DNA of 64,000 bases. Origin: Theionarchaea archaeon (GTDB lineage Archaea; Methanobacteriota_B; Thermococci; Methanofastidiosales; SZ-28-30). The stretch spans positions 128,001 through 192,000 of the forward strand of contig JACVGT010000003.1 in NCBI GenBank assembly GCA_018992685.1. Direction: 5' to 3'. The position numbers were made by a program, and so were the translations under genes. Positions 39,616 to 49,473 of this stretch are shown piece by piece (positions within the stretch are counted from its first letter, which is position 1; every line of letters begins with the position of its first letter). Below the pieces are notes generated by a model. That model saw only the letters and a program-made list of their open reading frames with translations. It was not told where the DNA came from and did not search any database.

Positions 39616-39990
39616 TTACTGGTCTGGTTTTTCAATTCGTATGGACTTGATGTTTAGTTCTCTTCCTTCAGTGATCTCTAGGTCTCTGCTTCCACATTCA
39701 CATTCAATGACTGGGAAGATGTAATGATCGTCGGGTGTCCTGTCCCATCGGAATTCTCTCCCACATTTCTTACACGTGAGTTTTGAGGGCTTGGAAGTTA
39801 TATTGATAAGAGCTCCTTCTGCCAGAGTGTTTTCGATAACGAGTTCCAGGCAGAACTGGAACTGTTCAGGATTCAGAAAGAGGAGTTCACCGATTTCTAT
39901 GTTGATTTCATGGATCTTGGTGGCCTGTTCTTCCTGTGCTTTCTTCAGGATGATATCAACCACTGAGGTGGCCATGGATAGTTCATGCAT
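39616..39990 (-). CDS. hypA: Hydrogenase nickel chaperone HypA
   Basis: MHELS, CKKC, CECGS, GREL. Confidence 0.93.
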   Translation of the reverse strand: MHELSMATSVVDIILKKAQEEQATKIHEINIEIGELLFLNPEQFQFCLELVIENTLAEGALINITSKPSKLTCKKCGREFRWDRTPDDHYIFPVIECECGSRDLEITEGRELNIKSIRIEKPDQ

Positions 39991-40512
39991 TGATGGTACT
40001 GTTTGAAGATGGTTAAAAGCGTTTCTGTCTGGAGGGGTGGTAAGAAGAATGTGTTACAGAGTCTACTTAACTTTCCCATCCATCAGATCATACTCAAAAT
40101 CGGCACTCCTGAATTAGGCGCTTTTTCACAAAGAAAAGCTCGTTAAGAGCACCTCTTCACGTAGCAGCTAATTTTCTTGTTCTTCCTTTTGTCACTCAGC
40201 TGAGGAATTATGCTTTTGAGTGAAATTGTCACCTTCTTAGCGAGATTTTGTTACATTCCCTATTGATTCAAATTGATGCTTTGAGCTATCTCGGCCAAGG
40301 CCAGAGTCCTTTTTCTCTACTCATACTTCAAATGGGGCATTGAATGCCAGATCACATAAGACGAAAATTATGACCCAAAAGTTTATAAATAATGATTCAT
40401 CTAATCATGCAGGCAAACTTCGGGCCGAGGAGGGATCTAGATCATATTCAGAAAGAAGGTTAGAGAACAGAAGACAGTTCTCCAGAATGAGGATGAACCT
40501 TTTGGAAAGTTC

Positions 40513-43500
40513 ATGAAAGGCTATTTTTCTCTTCGAAACAGCAATATCTTCGTTTTTATGTTGTTGAGTGTAATACCAGCTGCTCTTTGTCAGTTATTGT
40601 ACACTAAGCTCAATGTCATACATGTTAAGGGAATCATCTACACGTTTTTCTTCAGATTTAATTATGCATCTTTGGGAATTCCTGTTGAACAGGATTATCT
40701 AGTTCAAGCGTTTGTAGTCCTGTTTTTCCTGAATCTGGGATTAATTGCTATAAAGATAATTGGATGGGGTCTATCAGGTGAGGAGAAAGATGTTATTGTA
40801 TCTGATTCTGAAAAGTATTTCTTTCTGGCAATGGTCGCACTGTATGTCCTTATTCTCGTTTTGGCGGGCCCTCCTTTCTTGACTTGGATCTTCATCCCAC
40901 TCTTGGTACTCCTTTATATGTTGACTAGAACGTCCAGCAAAGTGGTAATCTTATTCACACTTCTGCTTCTTAATCTTATTCTTTTCGCCTTCTATTATAG
41001 GCATTTTGACTTCAACGTTGTGATTGGAGGCAGACAAGATGGAATTCTGACTTTCATGGCGAAGATAGGTTTTTCCTGGCTCTATATTCTGCCCTACAAT
41101 TTCTTCATATTCTTTCCTCTGGTAATCGCCACCTATTTCTTGGATTTTCGCTATCCTGAGAAGTATATTTCTTCGTTTTTTGATGTTGTCTTTCACGAGA
41201 ACATGGTCGCTGTTTTTGTGGGACTTCTTCTGAATGTGACTCTTTCAGTTATCCCCCTCTTTATTGTGATGATTCAACCAGACACTTTCATTGATCCGTC
41301 AAGAGGGATAGTAGAAAGGATGATTTTCACCGTTCACAATACTTTTGCTCAGGAGGAAAGTAAGGGCTTAGGGATCTTTGAAACAATTGCACTATTACAT
41401 TTCTGGATAGGTTCATTCACTCTGTGGTTTACACCTTTCTTCGTGAGTTTTGCCCAGCTTGAGACCAAATTCGAAGCGAGTTTTGATAGAAATCTAAGGG
41501 AAACTATTCAGAAAATGAAGGATCACATCGTCATCATTGGATTTGGCAATTTAGGGAGGAAAGTCTGTTCTGACTTGATTGAAAGAGACGTAGTCTCACG
41601 TAAGAACGATACTTTCGAGATATTTACTCCTGATTTGGAAGTAAGAAAGATATGTAGATCACTTCTTGTTGTAGACTCAAAAGACCAGCTCTTCGATCGT
41701 GTCCACACCGATCCAATACTTCAGAATGTTGGCGTTGCTAGAAGAAGGATAGGAGTTGCAGGGGAAAGAGAAGATATCTTGATTCCGGCGATTATTGGAG
41801 ATATAAATAGCGAAACGACTAGAGAAAGTGCTCAATTGAAAAGGTCAAAACTCTTCATATCAGCTCCTTCTGACTATACTGCGACATTCATTCTTTCTAA
41901 GTTCGCGAACCGCAACAACTTGAGTAGCATAATATCTGTTGAGGATAGCGCTCAAAAGGACTATTTTTCTCCAAAAGTGACTGCTCATGATACTTTTCTC
42001 ATTTATCCGGCTTTTCAGGAAGGTGTTTCACTGGGTAGAATTGTCTCTCTTTGCTATTTCAGGATCTTGGAAGAGAAAAAAGAGTCTGAATCCGGAAGTC
42101 TCAACATTGTGATCTGTGGAGATGGGAAACAGATTCACTATATTATGGAGACATTCTGGATGGAAACCGAAAGAACAGGTCTGGCCAATCAATGGATTTC
42201 TAAGACCGCAGAGGATCCAAAATCACCTAAGAGAGAAATATATGATCTCCCAGTGACTATCCTGACAGAAAGTGTCGAACTTGAAAAGAGGAGCAGGAAG
42301 AAGAAAGATCAGGAGGACGAGGCACAGAGAAAGATTGTAGAAATCATTAGACGATCATCCCTTGTTGGAGGGAATGACGCCCACATAAGGGTAGATGTTA
42401 TCCTTGATTTTCCTGATAGATTAAAGAGGATAGAGGAGATTATTGCTTCAAAAGAGCCGGAAATTATAGTGGTTACTTCAAATAAGATTCAAGATGTTTC
42501 CAGAATATTCCACGAATGGGTAGTAGCCATAGAGAGATATAACTCGTCAAAGGACAGAAGCTATAAGCCAGCCATAATTGTGGGAGTTCTTGGAAATGAA
42601 TATGAGGAAGTTCAGGACATTCTACTATACTACGCAAAGATGGAGCCTGAATCAGGTCTAAAATTTCCTATTCAGTTCTTGGACGCAGCCGTTAGAGTTT
42701 ATGATGATTCTACTGAAAAGATCGGGGGTTTGGCACAATCTTTTGCCAGAAAAGGAAACCTCAAGCATGACGACAGAGTTGTCGGAAAGGTCATGGAACC
42801 TTTTGCTCTTTATTGTTGTGTGGAGGATCTTCCCGGGAGTTTGGGAGATGTCCTTGCAAATCTTTCAGGCGTTGAGTTTTCTGATGCAATTCTCAATAAA
42901 GCAGAAAGTACTCTGTCCATGCATCTTTGTAGGTTTCAGGGTTGTTCTGGTGTTCACAATTATTCATTTTTTGCGAATGCTGAATTGCATGATGCGGGTA
43001 AAAAGCAGAAAAAAGGAAAAATATTTTGTAGTTTATTTCAGAGCGAGAGTGGAGACCCGGAGAGAAGGAGAAAGACGAAAGAATCCATAACAAAGTTGTT
43101 GAAGGTTGAGTGCGTGACTGGAGTGTTAGGCACTATGTCTGGATTACTTCGACTCCGGAAAATCTGTTATTGCTGTGATCGCAGAATAAATTGTTCTATC
43201 GCTTCTTACTTACGCAAGATTGAGAATCTGGTGAAGAACAGAGACTATTACATCAATTTAGAGAAGACCAGAAAACTACCTGAGGGAACTGTGAAGAAAG
43301 AACTTGAAAGGTTCTTTGTGAATCCAGATTTCCACTGTTCCGAGATAAACAAAGAGAAGTATCTGGAATTGCCAAGAGCCACGATATTGGTCTGTTGTAG
43401 ACATTCAAAAGTCACAGGCTCACTTTCAACTGCGATCAACAATCTGCTCCTAAAGAAAGTAGAAAGGACAATCCAAGATGGGAATGATGTTGCAGACATT

Positions 43501-43896
43501 ACCTACTTAAGATCCTATGAATGCTATAATCCTTCTCTGACTCACATAGAATTTTACGGAAACTGGATTAGTGTGAAGAACGAAGAAAGGGACACCATCC
43601 TCAAGAGCGATGGAGTTATCGATTCTGTCTTCCTCAATGTTGTCACAAGAAAGGAGGAGTGGTCTCACTATGCAAGAACACTTTGCCAATCATTGAACAA
43701 AATCTACAACAACGAGTCATACGAACTTTGGACAGATAGTGCAGATTCTCCAAATATATTTGCTGTAATCCGCAAAGCATTCATAGAAGGAAGATGTTCC
43801 GATGATCAAAGCCCAGGGAAAGCACGTCTTAAGTGTAAAAAGCAGAAATGTATAGTCCATGACAAAATGAGACTGCTAGAGGACAGATTGGAATGA
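40513..43896 (+). CDS. Large multi-TM protein with RCK/TrkA-N and ACT-like domains (channel-like); true start may be 40441/40444
   Basis: About 8 TMs, MKDHIVIIGFGNLG, second NIVICGDG, EDLPGSLGDV; visibly AT-richer than neighbours. Confidence 0.7.
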   Translation: MKGYFSLRNSNIFVFMLLSVIPAALCQLLYTKLNVIHVKGIIYTFFFRFNYASLGIPVEQDYLVQAFVVLFFLNLGLIAIKIIGWGLSGEEKDVIVSDSEKYFFLAMVALYVLILVLAGPPFLTWIFIPLLVLLYMLTRTSSKVVILFTLLLLNLILFAFYYRHFDFNVVIGGRQDGILTFMAKIGFSWLYILPYNFFIFFPLVIATYFLDFRYPEKYISSFFDVVFHENMVAVFVGLLLNVTLSVIPLFIVMIQPDTFIDPSRGIVERMIFTVHNTFAQEESKGLGIFETIALLHFWIGSFTLWFTPFFVSFAQLETKFEASFDRNLRETIQKMKDHIVIIGFGNLGRKVCSDLIERDVVSRKNDTFEIFTPDLEVRKICRSLLVVDSKDQLFDRVHTDPILQNVGVARRRIGVAGEREDILIPAIIGDINSETTRESAQLKRSKLFISAPSDYTATFILSKFANRNNLSSIISVEDSAQKDYFSPKVTAHDTFLIYPAFQEGVSLGRIVSLCYFRILEEKKESESGSLNIVICGDGKQIHYIMETFWMETERTGLANQWISKTAEDPKSPKREIYDLPVTILTESVELEKRSRKKKDQEDEAQRKIVEIIRRSSLVGGNDAHIRVDVILDFPDRLKRIEEIIASKEPEIIVVTSNKIQDVSRIFHEWVVAIERYNSSKDRSYKPAIIVGVLGNEYEEVQDILLYYAKMEPESGLKFPIQFLDAAVRVYDDSTEKIGGLAQSFARKGNLKHDDRVVGKVMEPFALYCCVEDLPGSLGDVLANLSGVEFSDAILNKAESTLSMHLCRFQGCSGVHNYSFFANAELHDAGKKQKKGKIFCSLFQSESGDPERRRKTKESITKLLKVECVTGVLGTMSGLLRLRKICYCCDRRINCSIASYLRKIENLVKNRDYYINLEKTRKLPEGTVKKELERFFVNPDFHCSEINKEKYLELPRATILVCCRHSKVTGSLSTAINNLLLKKVERTIQDGNDVADITYLRSYECYNPSLTHIEFYGNWISVKNEERDTILKSDGVIDSVFLNVVTRKEEWSHYARTLCQSLNKIYNNESYELWTDSADSPNIFAVIRKAFIEGRCSDDQSPGKARLKCKKQKCIVHDKMRLLEDRLE

Positions 43897-43915
43897 ATGT
43901 CCCAAGAAGTCTTGG

Positions 43916-44230
43916 CTATAGACAGTTTTGCTCAATGAACTCCTGCAACTCTCTTTTTGACTTGACGGCAACCTCTCGAATAAAAGGTTCCCCATTCTTG
44001 AAGATTATGAAAGTGGGGAGTCCTGAAATATCATACTTCTGAGCAGTATATTTGTTCCTATCTACATTTAATTTGCAGATCTTTACTTTTCCTTTGTATT
44101 CTTGTTCCAGTTCCTTCAACATATCCTCAATTGCCTTGCAGGGTAGACACCATGAAGCCCAGAAATCCACCAGTACAGGTGTATCACATTCCAAGACCTC
44201 CTTCTCAAACATCCTGTCAGTAATCTCCAT
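43916..44230 (-). CDS. trxA: Thioredoxin
   Basis: VDFWASWCLPC, LPT. Confidence 0.92.
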   Translation of the reverse strand: MEITDRMFEKEVLECDTPVLVDFWASWCLPCKAIEDMLKELEQEYKGKVKICKLNVDRNKYTAQKYDISGLPTFIIFKNGEPFIREVAVKSKRELQEFIEQNCL

Positions 44231-44238
44231 CTATCCAC

Positions 44239-45747
44239 CTACCTGTCCAGTACAGGTCTATACCCCGTATCTTCCCTCGTCCCAGGCTCATACACTTCAA
44301 GAATGTCAGATTCCTTCTTGAACCCATCCCACCTCGTTCTTGGCATCACCAGGTGTACCTTCTCCTCAATCCTTTTCTTAATCTCCGGGCGTATCAAGAG
44401 CTCCACCATCCTCGAAATCTCCTTTTCCAGTGGTACCTCCGGTTCAAACCCAAACGTGTGAGGAAGTTTCTTCGACACTACCTCCAATGGGTGTTTATCT
44501 GCCTCCACTCTCGGATTCTCCACCTTCTGTATCCTCACATCCAGCCCCGCTTTCCTCCCTGCCTCAGCCACCGTCTCTGCCAGTACACTCAATTTACATA
44601 ACCCTGAAACCTGGTTCACCACATCATACTGTCCTGGCTCAGGGGGCGATACAATCAGCCGCACCATGCACTCCATAGCATCCTCCAGAGCAATGAACCC
44701 TCGAATCTGTTCCCCTGTTCCATAGATCGTCAACGGCATCCCCACGACGACCTGGGCCACAAACCGATTCACCACAGTCCCGAACCATTCATCCACATCC
44801 AATCTCGTGCGCAGCCTCGAATCCTCTGCTACTTCATCCGTGTGGACCCCATAGATCACTCCCTGCATCACATCATACGACCTCAGCCACCAGTACTTAC
44901 AAGCTTCATACACATTAAACGTATCCTGCACTTTACTCACATGATAAAATGATAGTGGGTCCCGGGGTGTCAACTCACCCCCCAGGCTCCATTCCCTGTT
45001 GTCCCATTTCATGACTGCATCTGCAGGAAAAATCCCCTCAAATAATGGTCTGCCCGTCAGAGGGCTCCCGTACTCGCCCATGGTACCCAGCTTTATTAAA
45101 CACGTTTCCGGGACGACCTCTTTGATCAGAAACAACAGCCCAAGAGTCCCCAGAACATTGTTCTCCTGCACACGTACTGCATGGTTGCAGTCCACCATAC
45201 TGTATGGTGCAGACGGTATTTCCGCATAGTGGACAATTGCTTCTGGCTTGACCTCTTCAATGAACTCTTTCATTTTTGCCCTATCCAGAATGTCAGCCCT
45301 TCTAAAATTAATATTGACACCCAGGACTTCTCTGGCCACATGCAATCTCTCTGTCATTCGTTCAATTGGAACAATAGTATGTGCACCCTTTTCCATGACA
45401 CAATCCCTGCGCAGAAAATTGTCCACCCCGCTGACCTTGAACCCCAGTCTCCCCAGCTTTAGCGCCAGGGTCCATCCCAGATACCCATCAATGCCCAGGA
45501 TCATGACTCGCATATTCTTCAACATCAGCCCGTATTGGAAAGGAACCCATTCCGGGCACTCCTCAAAGGTAATGGAGGGTTCAAAATGGCCCAGTTCTGG
45601 TCTCCGGCCACACTCAATGACAATCATTCCTTCTTCAACACTTTTGATATTTTCCATGGACTGTCCACATGCCCTGAAATCTACATTTCCTTTGAAGATG
45701 GCTGCAGGACAGTTCCAGCAGGTTTTTTCAGCATTATGAGCTTTCAT
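44239..45747 (-). CDS. UDP-sulfoquinovose synthase (SqdB/Agl3-like) with Cys-rich N-terminal extension
   Basis: GIDGYLGW, PSAPYSM, KLGTMGEYG, YHVSK, QGVIYG, FGTVVNRF, NPRVEA. Confidence 0.85.
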   Translation of the reverse strand: MKAHNAEKTCWNCPAAIFKGNVDFRACGQSMENIKSVEEGMIVIECGRRPELGHFEPSITFEECPEWVPFQYGLMLKNMRVMILGIDGYLGWTLALKLGRLGFKVSGVDNFLRRDCVMEKGAHTIVPIERMTERLHVAREVLGVNINFRRADILDRAKMKEFIEEVKPEAIVHYAEIPSAPYSMVDCNHAVRVQENNVLGTLGLLFLIKEVVPETCLIKLGTMGEYGSPLTGRPLFEGIFPADAVMKWDNREWSLGGELTPRDPLSFYHVSKVQDTFNVYEACKYWWLRSYDVMQGVIYGVHTDEVAEDSRLRTRLDVDEWFGTVVNRFVAQVVVGMPLTIYGTGEQIRGFIALEDAMECMVRLIVSPPEPGQYDVVNQVSGLCKLSVLAETVAEAGRKAGLDVRIQKVENPRVEADKHPLEVVSKKLPHTFGFEPEVPLEKEISRMVELLIRPEIKKRIEEKVHLVMPRTRWDGFKKESDILEVYEPGTREDTGYRPVLDR

Positions 45748-47011
45748 TGTACCACCCTAAACATTCAGTGAGTATGGGGACTACGTTCTCTACGGTGGGA
45801 CTCTCAACAGGAGTGCAGTCCCCCCGAACGAAAACAAAAGCATCCTCCTGAGTGTGTTTTCCAGGCAGGATATCTCTGTCAAGTGGCGCCCCGGATAGAA
45901 TGCCCCCCTTTAGATTGACACCTCGGGCAGGCATGAGCACCAGATCAGGCCCTGCCTCCGTGTAGGGGCCATGATATATTTGGGGATTCTCATGGATGCA
46001 GGATATGGCTTTCTGCCCATTGATTTCCAGGGATTTTAATGTATAACACAATTCTGAAATCACTGCCTCTTCTTCTCCAGGTTCCACATACCCACGTGGG
46101 TACTTTCCCTTCTTGTTGATGTAAATCCTTCCGGGGTCCAAGGCAAAGGCCCTACTACCTTCCTGAATATTGTTGTACCCCTTTCTGGGGTCTTTTTCAC
46201 TGCGCAGGAATCCTGCTTCTTCCAGGATACAGTTGACATTCAGGTTATACTGTGTCTGCTCCATCCCGTGATCGGACAAGATGATAAGTGCATCATCAGG
46301 ATTTAATTTCTCCCCGAATTCCCTGAGAGCTTCATCAATGCGAGAGAAAAACTGAAGAAACTGCCCGCGATATTTGTGTGATTCATCCTCATAGGCATCC
46401 CATAAAAAGTGGCCAAGCCTATCGCTCCCTGTAAATACTACCATGAACACATCCCACTTGATCCTTTCCCACAGATAGTGTGAGAAGGCTACTCGTGATT
46501 CTAATGCCTCAAATAATTCTTTGAAGAGAATCATTGGGAATTTCCGCGCCTTCTTAGTATCTATGTCGACCGTATAGTTGAATTCATTCAAAACCTCCAG
46601 AAGATTGCTGGGATAAACGGCACGTTCCAGATCCGGGGAAATGAATCCAGAAACGAGGACCCCGTTGAGAGAAGACGCAGGGTATGTGGAAGGGACGTTG
46701 ATGATGCAAAATTCTCCCTGCTTCTGCCAGAAAGGGCTAGCCTTCAGCCTTTTAGAGTTGGGAAAAGAGAGGGTATATGTGGAGGGAAAGAGCTCTGTGA
46801 ATCCGTACACACTGTGTTCTCCTGGGTTTTTGCCGGTAATGATGGAGCTCCACGAGACGGATGATACTTCAGGAATTGAAGATGTCATCTGAGTGAATGC
46901 GCCTGTTTCCCGAAGCTCGCCGAAGTAGGGCATGACACCTTGCTGTGATAGTTCGTCCATGAGTCTGAAAGGAACACCATCGATTCCTATGATGACAGCT
47001 CTCTTGTTCAT
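45734..47011 (-). CDS. Alkaline phosphatase superfamily / nucleotide pyrophosphatase-phosphodiesterase
   Basis: IGIDG, WSSIITGKNPGEH, DRLGH, SDHG, GKH. Confidence 0.88.
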   Translation of the reverse strand: MNKRAVIIGIDGVPFRLMDELSQQGVMPYFGELRETGAFTQMTSSIPEVSSVSWSSIITGKNPGEHSVYGFTELFPSTYTLSFPNSKRLKASPFWQKQGEFCIINVPSTYPASSLNGVLVSGFISPDLERAVYPSNLLEVLNEFNYTVDIDTKKARKFPMILFKELFEALESRVAFSHYLWERIKWDVFMVVFTGSDRLGHFLWDAYEDESHKYRGQFLQFFSRIDEALREFGEKLNPDDALIILSDHGMEQTQYNLNVNCILEEAGFLRSEKDPRKGYNNIQEGSRAFALDPGRIYINKKGKYPRGYVEPGEEEAVISELCYTLKSLEINGQKAISCIHENPQIYHGPYTEAGPDLVLMPARGVNLKGGILSGAPLDRDILPGKHTQEDAFVFVRGDCTPVESPTVENVVPILTECLGWYNESS

Positions 47012-47405
47012 TCACTTTTCTTATGCGTACACCTTTAAAAGGTTTACTACAAAATGGAGTAACTCCTGAGTGAGGGAGTTATTGTCTTTCGTAGTATCAA
47101 GTGGAAGAGGGCCACAGGTTACGGAGGCCTCCACACTCAGGAGGAATGGGGTCACAGTCCGACGATGCGAGCCTCCCCGGGTTGACACGCTCGATACTTT
47201 TGAACCCCCTTCATGATCCTTGTCTTCCCACTCTTTTTATCGTTGATGGGTTGTCTGGGATAACCATGATTGAGACATCTCAGACGTGATCTCTTTCTTT
47301 TGTGACTGCTGCAGAGAACATACTCTTGGAGGTACGTAGTCGTATTTTTCCGCCGCTCTTGGGCAAGCCTTAATACAGGCACGGAATGGTAGCACCGGGG
47401 GAATT

Positions 47406-48089
47406 ATCATTCCAATTAAAGACCTACCCAAGTCAGAACGACCCCGTGAGCGGCTGGCTCAACTGGGAGGTGACAGCCTTTCTCTCCAGGAACTTCTGGC
47501 CGTTGTGCTGGGAACAGGTACCAGAAATGGACAGAATGCAGTAGAGGTAGCTTCGCAGCTTTTGAAGGTATTTGATGGTAACTTAGGCTCTCTTTTTTCT
47601 GCCTCTGTTGAAGAACTTTCTGTAGTAGAAGGGATAGGGTTTGCCAAAGCCTGCAAAATAAAGGCAGTGTTTGAATTGGGAAAACGGATTATCTCCTATT
47701 GCAGGGAAGAACGCCCACACATTCAGTCCTCAATAGATGTTGTGAGTCTAGTGCTCCCCCACATGACATATCTAACGAGAGAAGAATTCAGGGTTATCCT
47801 CCTGGATTCCAAGAACAGGGTGATTGCTCATGAAATCGTGTCCGTGGGTTCACTGGACATGACGGTGGTCCATCCCAGAGAGGTCTTTCGTCCAGCAGTT
47901 TCTCATGCAGCAGCTTCCATCATTCTGGTACACAACCACCCTTCAGGTGATCCGACGCCTTCTCAACACGATATCCTGCTCACTCAGGATCTGTGCACCT
48001 GTGGGAAAATCCTGGACATAGAAGTCGTGGACCACATCATTGTTGGACGCCCCGACTATGTCAGTTTGAAGTACCGGGATCTCATGTAG
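47406..48089 (+). CDS. radC: RadC / JAB-domain protein, probably with a non-AUG start
   Basis: IKDLPKSERPRERL...LS.QELLA lies in frame upstream of the called GTG 47505; HPREVF, HNHPSGD, DHII. Confidence 0.9.
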   Translation: MIPIKDLPKSERPRERLAQLGGDSLSLQELLAVVLGTGTRNGQNAVEVASQLLKVFDGNLGSLFSASVEELSVVEGIGFAKACKIKAVFELGKRIISYCREERPHIQSSIDVVSLVLPHMTYLTREEFRVILLDSKNRVIAHEIVSVGSLDMTVVHPREVFRPAVSHAAASIILVHNHPSGDPTPSQHDILLTQDLCTCGKILDIEVVDHIIVGRPDYVSLKYRDLM

Positions 48090-48279
48090 GGTCAACTCAA
48101 CCACGAATGGATAACTAGTTCAGCCCTTTGTACACGCTGTGGAGACATAGATGGTCAAGAGTTACTTCTTCCAGAAAGGGAGTGCTGTCCTTCCCGGACT
48201 GTTTATGCTGTCTTCAAGAGATATGACACTGCAACGCATCGGAATCCAAGGAAAGCTTTTTTAATGGGGAGATTAGGGT

Positions 48280-48957
48280 GTGACGATGACCCACGATCTG
48301 GAAGAGATGTTCAAGCATTTACATACAGGAGAGAGTATACAGACTGAGTTCTATCCATATGCTGGAATACGACATTCAATTCGCAAGAGAAAGGGAAAAA
48401 TCCTAATCAGAATCAGTGATACTTTCTCGGAGGCTCCACAGGATGTCCTACTGGCTCTGGGGAGGATTCTACTGGCAAAATTGAATAAGAGTCACGTTTC
48501 GAAGAAGGATCGGACTGTGTACAATCAATATGTGGCAAGTGAGGAGCTGCAGGACAGGGCGACTGCCATCCTTTCAAACCGTAAAAGAGCAGTACGCATT
48601 ATGAAAGGGAACCATAGAAGTCTGGCAGACAGCTTTCAGCGGGTTAATGCAGCATACTTTGGCGGATCTATGGAGAAGCCTACCTTAACCTGGGGGATAA
48701 AGAGAGCCCACCGCACTCTGGGGAGGTATGACCTGCAGAGAGACATCGTGTTTCTCTCCCCCGTTCTTGATTCATATGAGGTGCCTGAAGAATTCCTGGA
48801 TTTCATTATGTATCATGAACTATTGCACAAGAAACACGGCCTTCGGGAAAAAGGAGGGAGGATCTGGGCTCATACGCGACAGTTCAGAAACGATGAAAAG
48901 AGATTTTATAACTATGAGCAAATGAAGAAGATAATGAGTCAGATAGCGAAAACGTAG
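48280..48957 (+). CDS. SprT-like / M48-like zinc metalloprotease
   Basis: F..VN..YF, LGRY, MYHELLH, H...FR..E. Confidence 0.82.
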   Translation: MTMTHDLEEMFKHLHTGESIQTEFYPYAGIRHSIRKRKGKILIRISDTFSEAPQDVLLALGRILLAKLNKSHVSKKDRTVYNQYVASEELQDRATAILSNRKRAVRIMKGNHRSLADSFQRVNAAYFGGSMEKPTLTWGIKRAHRTLGRYDLQRDIVFLSPVLDSYEVPEEFLDFIMYHELLHKKHGLREKGGRIWAHTRQFRNDEKRFYNYEQMKKIMSQIAKT

Positions 48958-48994
48958 CCCTGAGAGCTGGAAAACGGGGCTGAGGGTAGAGGAA

Positions 48995-49304
48995 GGAACG
49001 ACGCGCTCGATGATGGGGGCTTCCTCCTGTACTTACAGTACAGCCTTTCTCCCCCCCGCTACCCCTCAAGCATCCGACGTTCCTACTACCGCTGCTTCCT
49101 TCCGGACCTGACGGGATTCACAAGATAAGGAAGATTGATCCACCTTCCTCCGAAAGGGACCTCTTCTTCCGCAGATCAAGAGGGACGAGAGTTCATAGTC
49201 GGGACAGCACGCAGTTGCAGAATTCCGCCGTCGCTCATCGAGCTTCGGCCCCTGCTTAAAGACCATTCAGGTTACAGGAACGGCCTACCTTCCCGGCCTA
49301 GTCA
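48995..49304 (-). ncRNA. ffs: Signal recognition particle RNA (7S)
   Basis: Helix 8 CCGUCAGGUCCGGAAGGAAGCAGCGG, helix 6 CCUUC-GGAG-GAAGG, Alu UGUAAC, helix 5 GCUCGAUGA/UCAUCGAGC; TATA upstream; ends approximate. Confidence 0.92.
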
Positions 49305-49473
49305 TATCTTCTATCCTCTTTGACTTATAAAGGTTATCGAACCGGCAGTGATTTGCAGCTGACAGATGGCCATCATCTACGATTCCTGTTTCTTGAGGCT
49401 GAAAGTGGACTTTAGCCATTTGGCTGCAGAATTGCTTCAAGTATGCTTATAAACCAGGAGGAAACTGTATGTC

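Noticed and set aside
47213-47263. Lipoprotein-signal-like mini ORF MILVFPLFLSLMGCLG
   Set aside because: Stops right after the lipobox-like motif with no SD; may be chance
49085-49115. Bacterial-like SRP helix 8 as a sign of horizontal transfer
   Set aside because: The Alu domain and helix 6 are archaeal-type; a few substitutions are within plausible variation
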